A stretch of 64,000 nt of DNA from Dipteris shenzhenensis (Eukaryota), in NCBI GenBank assembly GCA_047967505.1, contig CM106538.1. One strand, written 5' to 3'. The notes beneath the pieces were generated by a model that had not been told where the DNA came from, ran no database searches, and worked only from the letters and a program-made list of their open reading frames with translations. The first letter of the stretch is position 1. Every line of letters begins with the position of its first letter. A program made the translations under genes and the position numbers. This document shows positions 1 to 14,900 of the stretch, one piece after another.

Positions 1-1297
1 ATGTATCCAAAAAATATAAATTAATAACTAATCCCTACTCTTGAACCTACGTGTGCTTACATATGTGTGAGTGACCCACTAGAGACTCGAATTATATGGG
101 CATGGTGGCCTAAAATTATGTACATAACTTGCATCATACATTCTGCCCTCATAGATTAGACCCATGACCTTCCTAAAGAGCCATTTGAAAATATGAGCCA
201 CATGCTCAAAGGACTTGTTGGCGAAAATCCCTCTATGAACCAATAATTATTAATAGAAGTAGTTTCTTTCTTGGTTTGTTTCATAAAAGTCCATATTTCA
301 AAGGAAGAGCGAATTCTCATTTTTATCAATTTCCCCTTAGTATACAAATTAGGAAGCCTCTCAGCAATACGTTTCTCTTTGACAATATCTTCAAAGTAAC
401 TAGCAGCATTGGATCTTGTTCATATATCGTACAAGCTTTGTGCATGCCTAAGTTCAACCTAGAAGCTTCCCTAAGGTCCTCTAGCATAAGGCTAGGTAAG
501 GTCCATGTCAAAAGACATTCAAGGAACATCCACCACCATAATATTCTTTCACTTTTGTTTGATAATGAAATAAAGGAATCTTTGGCCTCACTACTTGATC
601 AAATCTTTTCCATAGGAGAGTCACTATATGTAAACCATATGTATAAGCATGCACATTCTAGGCCTATAATTTTATTAAAACCATGATTTAGAACTGTCCT
701 TCTATTGAGTGTGCGTGATAGTCACTTTTTTTCTACGTGACCCGGCCCTAAGAGCTTTTCAAGGACCTAGAATTACGATTCTAGGGGTCATCGCTTTGTC
801 ATATATGGCAAAGGCTAGATTATACCATGGTTGAAGGCGATATGGGACTCTTCCTAAAACTACATAGCATAGGTAGCCATGTAAGGGGCATGCATGGCCT
901 TTAGGCCATGTACACCCTATGTTGGGATTAATTCCTCATAATTATCCTTGATTTTAAGATGGTGTATGCACTCAACCTACATATAACGTGCTTTCAAGGG
1001 TAGAATTCAACTGTCTAGTTATATACGGGTCTTGCATTTCCTTCTCTCTATAAGAAATTGAACCCTATATGTTATAAATTTAAAAACCCCTTCTATATGT
1101 ATAACTTGTGATTTTATCACATTAAAGGTCCCATTACTAAAACCACATTGTTTGGTTACTTTTTTAATGGAATCTTAGTTCCTCTTATTATCATGCTTTG
1201 GCTTTTTCTTAGTGTGGGTGTAGATCATGTTTTCACTCAAAGGCTCATTCATTTGTCAACCCTATAGATCATGTCCAATCTTTGATGTTCATCACGC

Positions 1298-1351
1298 TCT
1301 AGCTTAACTTGCCTATACTAATTGTCTAGCTTAACTTGCCTATACTAATTG
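1298..1351. repeat. Perfect 27-bp tandem duplication
   Basis: tctagcttaacttgcctatactaattg x2. Confidence 0.9.
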
Positions 1352-2337
1352 TGAAATCAAGTTTGTGTAGCTCATGTCTACTAAAAGTCTCATCTCTAGA
1401 CCATATAGTTCATGTCCAATTTCAGAGGCTCATTTGAAGGGGGTCACTAATATATCTATGAATGTTGCAGTACGATTAAAGGGCACTTTTTTTATATACA
1501 AATATGTAACCTTTTTTCAAAATGTTTTAAATGGTATTCATTTGTAAATATATTCAGGTTAAAAACATTGATTTGAAAATGTCCTTCTATTGAACTCACC
1601 TGGTATTCACATTTTTCTATATGAACCCCCCCTCAGGACTAGGCTCATCTCTCTTTTTCCTACAGTGGCTTTAAAGGTGCAATCATCCATCTTTTACAGC
1701 ACCAAATGGGTTAATCCTAGTTTTATGGCTTCTTGTTCATCACTATGAACTTGGTTTTGTTAAGTGTTACGATCATTTTGTAGCCATATATCTAGTTCAT
1801 ATGTTGGGTTAATTACCTTTTGTGCCTTCCTGGCAAGACTTAACATGACCAAAATGAGAAGACTTGCAGAGACATATCATGTCCTTATCTTTTGTGGTCA
1901 CAGGGTTATTAATACCATCCCATATCATTAAGGCATGTTTCATGAGAGCTTTTAATACTCGTTGTAAGCTCATAGTCTCATACTACAAGATGTATTCATC
2001 TAGCGTCCTTGCTAATTAGTGTAATCTCTAGTTGAACAAACCTTTTGTAGTCCTTGAGTATTTCACATGTATACATACATTTTTACAGAAATCCCAAGTA
2101 GGTCGTTAGTAGGTCACATTAGGCTAAAGTGATCAATTTTATAGATCTTCCATTTTTAATCCTAGAGCCTGTGTGAGCTTGAGCTTGCTATGAAAAAAGA
2201 TAGAAAGTTCTTCACTTATTTAATAAAAGAATTTGAGGATGGGCAAAGGTTTAATAATTAAGGAGCTGGCACCTCTAATCCAAAAACTTTTTTCTCTTTT
2301 GCAGCAACTACAACAATCTACGTGGTAGGTGAATAAA

Positions 2338-4146
2338 ATGTCCCTACCAACGTCCTCACAGCCAAAAGTTCCTCCTGGATTTCGATTTCATCCGACCGAT
2401 GAGGAGCTAGTAGATTATTATTTGAGGAAGAAAGTTGATTTGGAAAGAATAGATTTGGACGTCATTCGCGAAATAGACCTTTACAAGATTGAGCCATGGG
2501 ATCTTCAAGGTACATGTGATCTCTTCCCCCTCTCTTACATGCGATATCTTGCCCCTCTCTTACATGTGATATCTTCCCCCTCTTACTCCTTATTTTCAAC
2601 ATGGCTTTTGCACTAATGAAACACTAAGCTCATTAGGCATCTTATTTATGAAGGGGCCTTAAACTCGTTGATATTTTGTGCAGTGAGAAGATTGTTTGTA
2701 CTTTGTTATATCTTCCCAAATCTGATCCATGCTCTCGTCCATGTTATAATTACATTTGGGATGAAACATGATTTCAAATGTATATGGCCTTTAGTCTAGT
2801 CCTTTGGTATGGAAAATTGCGAGAAAACTCACTTTAGGATACATAGTTATATAAAAGCTTGGACGGATATTGATTTCAAGACTCTTAAGCAATACTTTCA
2901 CGACTGCAGAAAGATGTAGAATCGGCTCAACGGATCAGGATGATTGGTATTTTTTCAGTCATAAGGATAAGAAGTACCCAACGGGCACCCGCACAAACAG
3001 AGCGACGGCAGCTGGCTTTTGGAAGGCTACAGGGAGGGATAAAGCTATTTACAGCAAGCACAAGCTTGTAGGCATGAGAAAGACACTAGTTTTCTACAGA
3101 GGGCGCGCTCCTAATGGTCAGAAGTCTGATTGGATAATGCATGAATATCGACTCGAGAACTGCGAGAACGGCTGCAGCAATCAAACAAGCGTAAGCGTTC
3201 TAAATTACGGCTAGCAATGCTGATCATGTATTAAACACCATTTTCATCTGCTTATTAATTCGATTTAAGTTATTGTTATAGCGCTCTAGATTGTTTTTAA
3301 CGATCTTAGCGAACGTGAGAGGCATGATCTACACCGCTATTGTGGAAGCGTACAACCCTTAAATAAATATGATACTTATATTACACGATGATCAATTAGA
3401 GAAAGGCTTTGCTTATCAATTTGGATTTCTTATACGTCCAACAGGAAGAAGGATGGGCTGTTTGTCGAGTCTTCAGAAAGCGGAGTCCCATCATCAAGAG
3501 GATGCACGTAACAGATCAAGGATGCTGCTTCGACGATCAAAGCTCTCTACTTGCAGAGCTTGATTCACCCAAGCATTGCTTTGACGAAGACTTCCCATTC
3601 CATCACTCGTTCTCGTGCAAGCAGGAGCTCGATCAGTTCGCAGAATACCATCTTTCCCGCGATCCATTTCTGTGTTTGCCTCAGCTCGAGAGCCCCAAGG
3701 TTGCCTCCTTTGCCTCCACATCAGACACCAGAGGCTTGATCTTGGACAGTACGCGACGAAACGAATTTCAAGTCAATCCTTTATGCGCCATGCAAGAGGC
3801 TGCTGGATTCAATGAACTGGGTGCCGCCTCTGCTTGCACAGGTAGTCCATCCACGACATCTGCGAATATGATCCTTAGCAGAACAGAAGAGCAGGTCACC
3901 GATTGGAGGGTCCTGGACAGACTTGTTGCTTCTCAGCTAAGTCAGGGCGATACACCGAAGGAGGTCAGGTTCCCTTTGGGTATGGGTGAGAACCTGACGA
4001 CATTTCTGGGAGACGCCCGCCTACTCCCCGAGAATCTGCGGCACCAGAACAAGCAGCAAACAGAAGCTCAAAATTATAATCCCAGCAATGACATCGATCT
4101 TTGGAGCTTTGCCAAACGCGACTTGAGGTCGAAAGAATACCCTTAA
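2338..4146 (+). CDS. NAC-domain transcription factor, VNS (VND/NST/SMB) subfamily; join(2338..2509,2910..3190,3445..4146), 384 aa
   Basis: NAC subdomains [75 protein letters not shown] and [11 protein letters not shown]-terminal LPQLESP (LP-box) and [17 protein letters not shown] (WQ-box) are typical of VNS proteins. Two GT-AG introns keep the frame (phase 1, then phase 0). A polypyrimidine acceptor ending at 2304 suggests a 5'UTR intron. Confidence 0.95.
2511..2585. repeat. 25-bp minisatellite x3 at the start of NAC intron 1
   Basis: tacatgtgatatcttccccctctct-like unit repeated three times, starting within the GT donor. Confidence 0.85.
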
Positions 4147-6359
4147 CTCGCAAAGGAATTCATTGTATTGGCCGCGAATCAGCTCTGCTAGCTTCCTGGA
4201 GTACTATTTCGAGGATGATATCGACGTGATCAGGACTATCAAAAGCTCATTCTTGAAGAAATCCGCCAGCAGCAATATATGGAAATTGAACGAGTTTCGA
4301 CCGAAACCACCCAGACTAGACGATGAATACAATTGTGTTTATGGAATAACCATATTAACGTTACGGATGTGTCCGAAGTTCCATACTGCACACAAGCCGC
4401 CCTGCACAATGCCCACAATGTTAAGAGTGAGGAATCTGTTTATGGGAAAAGACAGCAGACAAGGCAAACCACCTGCAGCGTTATGGAAGCACATTTCTGT
4501 TTTAGTGTTCCTTCTCGGCAGCAACCTCTTGGCCTTCCTTTCCCATTGTATAAGTACAATCCGAAGCCCAGCTATGTTCTTAGGCCCATGAAATGCATTC
4601 AGCCTTATAAAGAAATTGTTCAAGCTTAGTTATTGGATCTTAGTCCCTGAATCATGTATTTCAAAACTGCCACCCTGGATCGGCCTTTATCAATTATTAA
4701 TGCTCAGCATATATGCTTGACCCACATTTCATAGCTCGGCCAAATCGAATTGCTCACTCTCTAATTATTGCAATATAATTTCGTAAAGTATTTAGCTGTT
4801 CCTGAAACTACTAGACATATCAGAATTAGAGAACAAATTAAAGCCTATCAGAACTCTTGGATGCTGCAGTATTAAATAGATTTTATGTACTAATATACAG
4901 TTGGGTTTTGAAGCTACTTCTGTTGAGGGTCTCCAACGGTACCGAATATCGATCTTGATCTCTTGATTCCATGCAAAAGCCTCTTATCAAGAGTCCAATC
5001 TTCTCGCAGTATACCCAGGAATGTGCAGATTTCTCTGCAGTTTCTGCAATTTCTCAAGAATCCTCATCTTTGTGCAGAGCTGAAAGCATTTTCAGTTGTA
5101 GGGCAGGAGACAGCATGTGGGATTATATTAGCGGCTAGTAGTTTCCTGAAGCCATATTTGAGCAAGAAAATTTCACGTGTCAAAATTTGGAGCAGATTTA
5201 AAAAAAAACATGGCTGATTTGTGGCACCAGATTTGGGCAATGGGAAAAGTCAAACTTGCAATTGCAGGGGCCTTTGACTACGAACAGTTTATGGGAACTT
5301 GCAGGTTGCAGTTTCAGCATGCTATGCTAAAATTTGCAGAAAAATGCGTAGAGAATGCATTCAAATATTTACACATTTGGAATTCTCGCTTGTGTATGCA
5401 GGCCAAAAGGAATCTTGAAGGCATTGCCGTTTCAATGATTGTCGAGGTGAACAATGCAAGAGCAGCCTTTGGTAGTCATGACACCTTATAGTTGAATATA
5501 TGAAGATATAACGCAGGACAAAGAATCGGAGCGAAGGTGGTGTAGTGAAAATTTTGGGATCTTATTTGAAATCCCCGAAAAATTGGACTATGCTCAGTGA
5601 TTGCCCTAGAGTGTGGATTTATGAAACTAGCTCACTGACTCTTTCTCAGCTCTGCACAAATGCTTTCATATTTGCTCATAGCTGCACACCCCACCGACCA
5701 AAGTGGTTACGCTTCGCAAAACCCTTGCCCTTTTAATAATTTGCGTAAACCGTCCGCTCCCTAACAGTTAGCTTCTCCCTCTCATAATTCTTCAACATCG
5801 ACTACTCTTGTCGCCTGACTCTTCCGGCCATTTGCCCTCTACGCTCCCACTCCTACATGCTTTTCCACCTTCAAAACAACTCCATAGCAGTTCAAGTGCT
5901 CAAAGAAGGCTGTCCCACTGCAACGACATCAACGTGGAAGCAAATGAATGAACAAATAAAACAACGCTTCAAAAATCTCCTTTACTGACCCAAAAGACAA
6001 CAAAGCGTAAGATAAAGACGAGTTTCGTTCTTCCCGATCTCGCGTGTGTCACTGCAATTATACATGGCAGAATATTAGATAGACAATCTTGTCTCTAAAG
6101 GAGCATTTGATATTCAAGAGTTCTCTTACCAAATTTTCTTCAATGAGAAAGAGAGAGCGAGTGCGTTTGTGTGTATGTTGTAAGTCTAGCACATTTGATC
6201 AATAGAGCAAGTATCAGGCTTCCAATAAGATCTGAGCAAGCACTAAACCTGAACGCTCGCATAGTATCCTCCTCCCTGCAAACCTAAAGATTCACCTTAT
6301 GTGCATAAAATACCTCACAAATAGATCTCTCTCGTGAGTGGAAGAGAGAGAAACATGGA

Positions 6360-6362
<3 letters not shown>

Positions 6363-6410
<48 letters not shown>
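6363..6410. repeat. (GA)n microsatellite
   Basis: Direct read. Further (CT)n/(GA)n tracts at about 6787-6834, 8138-8189, 10374-10404 and 23375-23432. Confidence 0.95.
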
Positions 6411-6413
<3 letters not shown>

Positions 6414-6784
6414 TCTATGGGTTAGCCACGTATTTTATGTATAGGAGGAATAAACATGACTATGTCTATTTCAGGTTTGCATGAAGAAGGATATTATGGC
6501 AAGAATAAATTGCATTTAATTACCTCCATATTTTCTCTAAGAGCCTGTGAATTGCCAAAGTTTGGCACCGTTATTGACGGAGCTTTTAGTGAGAACTCTA
6601 CAAAATTTAGAAAATTTGGTAGGATCAAGCAATTGCGGTAGAGCGGGAATGGACTCTAACTAGTAGCATGACCTGTTACAATGGGCTAAGGACCCAACTT
6701 TGTCCAATTTCAAGGTTGGCATCCAAGGTTGCCTTTAATTCTACGAATAAAGTACTTGACGATTGCAACATGTATCAAGAATAG

Positions 6785-6837
<53 letters not shown>

Positions 6838-8135
6838 GTATATATAATACATTAATAGTATATATCTATAATGGACCTCCATGCTAGTTTTGTTAGAATG
6901 TGTAAAACAAAAAAAAATGCAGAAATAGGTGTGGTTCCCTCGGATATACCTCTGAAGTCTTTGTAGTGAAGGATGAGTAGCAAGAGGCACAGAAAAGAAA
7001 AAACTTAGGGGAGTTGAGTGATGCAAGTCATGAGGCGAGAGGGAGAAGAGAGGAGGCATGGCAAGTAGATGATGGAGGAGAAATAGAAGGCACGGCAGGA
7101 GGAGGCCATCAGAGGATGCAAAGGAGGAGTAGTGAGAGAGGGAGGTTTCAACGGGTGCGACCTATGGCAAGGAAGATGTGGGTGGAAAGGAATAATGAGG
7201 GTGGAAGCTGGAAGGGGTACAATGTGCCAGTGCCCTCTCTAAGTGCAACATGACACCTCACAAATAAGGAGATGGAGAATCTCTATATTCCTTATTATGT
7301 GGCACTTAGGAAGCAGTGCCATGTGGTGGGTGCTCCCTTTGAGTGCGATCATATTTCACTCTAACCCTTTCACCCACATCCTCTAAGATAGATGATTACA
7401 CCTTTCGGCTCAACCTCGATGAAGTTCAATTGGCCAAAAGTTTTGAAGGCTTAGCTCAGAACCTTAAGCCCAAGCTTGCTACTTTGTGCAAGTACTTTGC
7501 TTAATCTTCTACATTGCTATAAAAATTTGACTCCATTTTAGTATTATTAATTTAGGAGCTAGGCATAAGGGCCACATGGTAGTGCCATGTGGCACCCCTC
7601 TTGGCAGCCCCTCCTCACATAAAAAGGAGGCATATTTACATGTTAGCAAGTGGGACTGTGACACATGAGGTGGTGAGTTGTAGAGAAGTTAAGGAGTCTA
7701 CTCCATCCTGCTTTCTCTCAAGATTCAATATTGCCATAGTTTATGCATCTCTAGCATAATGTAAGGAGTCAAGAAACACTTGGCTACTCACATTTAACAA
7801 TAGAGTCACATAATCCAATGGTAGAACCCACTTCACTTTGTGAATAGTGGCCAACACATTTAATAGGTTTAGTAGACAATGTTCATAGAGGCAATAGCTA
7901 TCTCATCGGGAGCCACATATTTGCTCTACTGGTCAATGTGTAATGACTTCTATAGGTTACGCATGTATTTTATGCACAAAGGAAAAAACGTAACTACATC
8001 TATTTTTAGGTTTGCATGAGAATGAATTAAATTTAATTGTCTTAATGTCAAGGCTTCACATCTCATTGGTCTCAATGTCAACGCTTCACATATCATTGGG
8101 AACCTCATATTTTCTCTAATGATAAAATTTGTAAG

Positions 8136-8174
<39 letters not shown>

Positions 8175-8459
8175 GCACACACACACACATCTAATTATAG
8201 TAGCATGAGGTCCAACTTGAGCCTAAGCTTATATAAATTATTCTAGTTGTTGTATAGACTATAGAGGAGCATAGGCTTTTAACGTAAAAGAAAGCTTATA
8301 ATAAAGGAAGAAATAAAGAAAAACAAAAAGGTACAACCGGCTTCTAATGAAGTTCAACCTTCATCAAAGCAATTGTAAAAGCCTCAGACCTAGTACTTCA
8401 ATAGAACTCAAGCACACTCATAATTCTACCTTGCACTAGTTAATTGCATAGGTCAGCTA

Positions 8460-9060
8460 GAAACTTAGAATGCTGAAAAACAAGATTATTCTTACAATAC
8501 CACACTTGCTCCATGAGCACAGCTCATATCAGATTCCAGATATGTTTTTGAGGCTGTCACATCCCCAAGTAGAGCTCTCTTCCATGAGAGAGAAACAAAT
8601 TGACTTTTTCTCATCTAGTTATGGAGGAATATCCAGGTGGCCCTAATTGCACACATTCGTAGAAAAAGTGAAAGTGAGACTCCATGGCTACTTGACAAAT
8701 TGGACAAACTGGCAAGATGTTGTTCCATTTAGACACTCATTCCTTATCATTTGAGGAGCATAGGCGGATTACCCTATGATAGCAAAAAGCCATTACACTT
8801 TATAATCGTATCCTCTAAGCAAGGCCAAGACTTGGTACAATGCATCATGCATGTTGAATGACATCGTCTTCTCATTCCATCAGGTCATGGGTGAACAGAG
8901 CAAAAATCTCCCCACAATCAAATCGATGTGGGTTTATAAATTGAAGTTGGTGTCCCTACCTTAACATATATCACTAAAGAATTGAATTCATAGGAATTTA
9001 CACTTTGCACACCTCTCCATCAGTGGTTAGTCGAACATGTTGGCATCATTGCCAAGGAGT
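8460..9060 (-). mobile_element. Degenerate LINE (L1-like) ORF2 3' fragment (zf-RVT region)
   Basis: The minus strand reads VCPICQVAMESHFHFFYEC (C-x2-C-x4-ES-x2-H-x4-C zinc knuckle, ~8653-8715), followed by HIWNL...VWYCKNNLVF, which is typical of the plant LINE ORF2 C-terminus. Boundaries are approximate. Confidence 0.65.
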
Positions 9061-9914
9061 AGTCTTAACAAGCACACTCACATACACAACCTACAATGGT
9101 AACATTCCAAACAGAGCAATAATGAGGCATCATTTGTTACTCAAAACTTGAAGCTATATGACGTAGCAATCGTTTAGGTGCATGATTGCTCAATTATTAG
9201 TAAACTGTGGTAATCTTCTAAGTTATGTTACAATTACAAAGGAAACTTTAAGCTTCTTCCTAGTTTCGACTACTTCAATGTTATTAACATCATGGAGTAG
9301 TCACTATAGACTAAAACTCTCATAACTATCAATTCTAATCAATGTTTCAATGCCAAAAGAAATTATGCAATGATAATTAATTAGTTGATGTTTTCATGTC
9401 TTCAGAATTTTGACCCTCTTATTCTCGTACAATGCAAAACTCCTTTCTATCCATGTAATGCTTCTTTTCTTTCCCTTCTAGCAAGCTTCTAATCTCTTTT
9501 TGTTCAATTTGATCAAATGATTCTAAATCCTTCGATCATGTTTGTGCCTACAATAGATATATCTTGTTTATACGCATACTAAATTCATATCATGCACGAC
9601 TTTCCCATGTATCCAAGTTTGGATATCTCCAATAATATTCTTTAAGCACTTTAATGCATAATCAAACATAATCCATGCTATTGCCTTAACAAAATAGTCT
9701 AAGAAATTTTAGTTATTTAATTTCAAGTTTGGGACTCCCAATGAAATGCCACTAAGCAGTAAGCCTTAGACAACCAATTTGATACTATACTTGCCATAGT
9801 ATCCTCGAGCTTCATGGAAAATAAATATATGCACTTGATTATGTTTCTCCCGTTAATGCATAAAATACTTCATAAGATAACAGCATGTGCTTGCTACTAT
9901 AGATCTAGTTTTGG

Positions 9915-10045
<131 letters not shown>

Positions 10046-10362
10046 TGCACGCATGCACGCAATCTTGGCTATAACTATAGTTTTTGTAAGTGTTTCACAT
10101 GGTTGGACTACTGATTATGACCTTCATTTTTTGAAGCCTATTGCATAACTAATGAGTCTCAATATGGATTTCTTCTTTTGATTGATTTAAAGCAAAAAAT
10201 CTTGCTTTTTTAAATATTTATTCTTGAGTTGCAACCTTTGTTCTCCTCATTATGGATGCAGCACTCTATATATTTTTCCATTTCTCTCGACTTCAATTGG
10301 ATTTATATTTTGTATGCCCTTAGAATCTTTTGCATGTGTTGGTGTGCCCACATGCACTTGCG

Positions 10363-10404
<42 letters not shown>

Positions 10405-11524
10405 CATTTGGTTTGGGAATGGTCTACAAATCCACGTGCATCAAAAATGTCCATTTTTTACATCGTACAAAGTGATAGAATTCAAAATTTTAATAACGTC
10501 CTCACACACACAACCGGATGGTTTCTCATATCACTCAACGAATCACAAATTGCTAAGTGCTAAAAAGTGTGCACCACTTCAAAGTTTGAAACGTCATATA
10601 AAATTATGTAGATTTCTCAATTACATTCTACCCTGTCTAGTGTAGGTTGCGAGATTATCTAAGGCTCACAATTTAAATATGAAAGCTGGACTTCTCCACC
10701 ATATCTTATTAAAGCCAAAGGGCAAACATTATCGGACTTAGTCTACAAAACATAATAACTGCTGTATGGATACTAGAAAGCAAATGGGTATCAGACAGAT
10801 ACGTACCAATAATCTCGGGTTTCAAGCTGGCTGAAGTAATGTCATTTCGCCACAGCCAAAGTAGACAGAAGCGGCAACAAAATTCTGGACTCAGCTGCAA
10901 GAAAAGACTGCTCGCATACCAGCGATTTTGTTATGTTTAAACTCTCCGCTCCTGGCTTTTTAGCTGAGAATCTCTACAACTTGTATCGCCTTCGTTCGAG
11001 TGTAGAGCTCGTTGGCATTTGGGACCGACTCATAAGGAAAGCGAATCAGACCTAGTCAAGTACATTGTCTTCACTAACGTGAACGCACAGGAGCAAAATT
11101 CCTATGGGTGGTCTCTCTCGCTCTGTCTCTCAGACGTCCCTACTCTGTTGCAGAGTTTGTCTTCCTCCGTCTCTGACTTTTGGCGACTCTTTCAAGTTTC
11201 TGGTTACCTTGTCCCTCACGTTGTACGGGAAGACTTGTGACTGGGTAAGGGCTTAAAAAATAATCAAAACTACAGGTAAGGACGAGTAAAATCATAGAGA
11301 CTAGGGAGACGGAGCAGGTAAGCAGCTATCTTGCGCGTGCAGAGAAGGTCATCATTGATTGCCACGCGGAGGTGCGCTGCCATGCCACGTGGAGGGCTCT
11401 TGGTAGCACGCCGCTTGAGCCGCGCATGCTAGGAGGGCCCCATGGCCTCAACTATTAAGTTTAACCTAACAGCACTCATGCTACGTCACCTCCACGTCAC
11501 CCCACTTATCCACTATATTTGCAG

Positions 11525-11560
11525 TTTAATTCTTTGGATTTTTTTATCCAAAGAATTAAA
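11525..11560. repeat. Perfect 15-bp inverted repeat with a 6-T loop
   Basis: tttaattctttggat-tttttt-atccaaagaattaaa, with a partial third copy at 11574-11593. Confidence 0.85.
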
Positions 11561-11982
11561 GGGGTATCATATATCTTTGGATTTTTTAATCCAGGGTTTA
11601 GTTAGTGGCCTGTTTAGGTAGCAAATCATTCATTTCTCTAAACATGATTTCGAATCTATTTTTTATATGGGTCAATAGCACATTTAATTTACAAATTATC
11701 CATAGCAAGGGTTGCACTTAGTACTTTTCAAAACAACTTTCCATCTTAGTATAATGCCAAAGAGATTTAAACATTAAGCATCACATATATTCCTCTCTAC
11801 ATGCTACATACTATAAGTCCTAGAAATATTACGTATTTCAAAAAATAACCCCCTTTAATGAGCTATTGCACAAGCTAAGATTAGATGTATGACTAATATC
11901 ACATTTAATTTTTGAAATTTAGCCTCTTTTTCTTGCAATTCTTTATGTCTAATGCTTGTACAACTATCATACCAAGTTTGTA

Positions 11983-14900
11983 AACTACAAACCCATGTCT
12001 AAAGGTGCATCTATATAACAGACAGATGTGCATTTATGATGCGCATATAAATGCGCCTATAGATGCACAAATAGATGCTCTGCTAGAAATTTAAAAAAAA
12101 TAGACAAACGCGTACATAGATGCGTCTATAGACACGCAAATAGATGCCCTGCTAGAAATTAAAAAAAAACAGAGAGATGCGCAAATAAATGCATTTATAG
12201 ACGCACTTATAGACGCTCTACATAATATTTTTTGTTAATAAAAGCAGAATTTTGTGTGGTTGAACAGAATGCTATGTATGTTGTGTATGCTATGTAGTTA
12301 CAAGAATCCCGTTTCCACATTGTGCAATTCAATTCTTACAAACAACCGCATTTTAATCAGCATGATTGCAAGCACATAGATCTATAGTCGACAATTACAA
12401 TTCCGAATAAAACATTACAACTCCGAAACATTTAGTTCACAAGGCATTAATTGATAGAACGTTGCACAAGGAAATTGAAAGCCAAAAAAATAAAAGGAGT
12501 ATATTTATTCATAGCTCAAAAAGTGCTTGTATGTACATATAGCATGAACCCAGTGGCTTAAAGTACAAAAAATAAGAGGAGTGTATATACAAGAGAGGCA
12601 CGAAGCCAAGCCTATGGCTTCAAGTACAAAAAAGAGTAGCTAGAACTACTTCTATGAGACTAATCTAAGTTCTTCGTGTCCTAGCTCCCTTCTTTGTCCC
12701 CTTCTTCGCCCCCTTCTTCACTCCCTTCTTCCTCATCAATGTATGAAAAATCAAATCTTTACTTACAATATTGACATTATTTAATTACTTTCAAATACTA
12801 GGGGGGGGGGGCTCCAGTAGCCCAGATATACTGCTTCTCAGTAATCAACCTGTCATCATAGAAGTGCCTCCATGTATCTCCTTTGTGATGGTGGGGCGGT
12901 GGTAGGCTGTCTTGATAGGAGTAGGGTACCTGCCCACGATATCAAGCTGCAAGATGACACAATTTGCGGGGGGGTTAGTACAAAGAAACAACCTCCTAAT
13001 AAACTACATAAATAATATAATTTGAGATCGATACTTACAAATTGGGCCTCCCATGATTGCTCCAAAATGCATGCTTCCATATTGCTCCATTTGGATCCTT
13101 CATGCCTCCACGTGCTGCAGACTGGGGTTCTCCTTCACTTCCTTCATTGCTTTCTTCCACTCACGCTTGTGAGTAGTGTGGGGCTGGCCCCTTGGTGGTT
13201 GACCTCCCTCAAGCCTGGCAATCTTAGCTAGTGCCTATCTCTTAAGCAAAGATCTTTTATTGCCAAGTATCGTAACAATATTTGACTTGGCCCATTTATC
13301 TGTGAACTGAACATTGGTCCCACCTCAAGATCAATCACCTACTTGATCCCATGCATATCTTCAAGAATGTGGCGTCTACCATTTGGGAATATTTGAATGG
13401 GGCACGAGATTCTACAGGCATAAGGGAGGATCTATGCACCATAGGGAGGATGTGTGATTAAGCTTGGCCACAAGAGAGGCCAAATGCACGTGTCTTTTTA
13501 CCTCGTGCACCGTGGAGGTTATCAAAGCTAGAGATGGTGGCGGTGAAGCGAGCTATCACTACAGTTGGTACTCCCACTAGATGCATGAGGTGTTTGAAGG
13601 GGGCCTTCACAAAGAGCAAGAAAAGAGGTGTAAAGCAATTATATGGCTTGAAATCTCATGATTGGCACAAGATGCTCTAGGTAAGTATTTTATGTGCATA
13701 AAGTCTTTTTCCGATTGGCATAAGATGCTCTAGGTAAGTATTTTATGTGCATAAAGTCTTTTTCCTTCCAAATTTGTGAGTGAATTAGAAGCAACTAATC
13801 AACCATTCCTCATGTGTTCAGTTCATACTACCTACTAGCATTTCTCGCAGTGCATCGAAGGATGTGAAGGATTGTATTTACAAGATGGGTGAGCTTGTGA
13901 GGTACTTTAGAGGATGCAAGGTGTTCATATTGCTAATATTGCATACTTTTTCCTTTCTAGGTATGTGAGCTCAAAGGAAATAGATCCCACCACGCTTGAG
14001 AATGCGTGAGTTATGTCAGTGGAGGTAGTTTGTTTAGTAGAGGAGACATTTCCATGTTTTATTCTCACAAGCCAACTACATCTCATAGTGCATTTGGTGG
14101 ATGAGATTGCTATATGTAGTACTATACATGCACGATGGTTGTTCTTCCTCGAGCGCTTCATGAAGACCTTGAAGGGTTTCGTGAGACAAAATGCAAGACC
14201 TGAACATAGCATGGCTGAGGGTTGGTTGGTACAAGAGTCACTTGTATATATTTCTGAGTTTCTTGTTGATGTGGATAGCTCTCTCCCTAAGGGTGACCTC
14301 TATTGTGCCTCAAGGGAAAGGACGCATCAAAGCAATAGACACGGAGTTGCTTAATAATATGAACCTCTATTGCATGCTTAATAGTGATGTGATGAAAAGA
14401 TGGGTGACAAGATACGAGGATGCAAAGGCAAGAAGACAAGGAGAAAGGGCCCTCTTTCGTCCACACCATGGATCTCATGTGCCATACCCTCAGCATCTAA
14501 GAGCACTTCCAAAGGATATTCATGTGGATTGACTACTTGACGAAATGGAGAGAGCAAAGAGAGACAAGGGGATGCATATCACAATGGAAGAATGGGAGTA
14601 TGCTAGGGGATGCATGAGCAAGGTGAGTATATAGAATGTTATGCATAAGTTAGGAGCTTTCAACAATGTAGATTGCTTATTTAATATATTTTTTCTTGGT
14701 GTAGTGTACTATGTTCAATGCTATATGGTGTGAGGGCAACCATTTTTGAACACAATGGATTGATGATAAGAGAAACACACAAGATTTTGGCGTCATTGCT
14801 AGCTTTGAGGGAGCCAATGGAGCCATGGATGATTATTGTGGCATAATCCAAGATATTATTAAGCTTGACTTTCGACGCTTCTTTGTGTATGTTTTGGATG

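Noticed and set aside
156-686. ORFs at the window start
   Set aside because: Possibly decayed retroelement sequence, but no diagnostic motif.
4163-4629. Overlapping ORFs right after the NAC stop
   Set aside because: No recognisable domain; the position fits the NAC 3'UTR.
4963-5491. Two adjacent ORFs (84 and 104 aa) that might form one frameshifted gene
   Set aside because: No motif or convincing splice structure that I can support.
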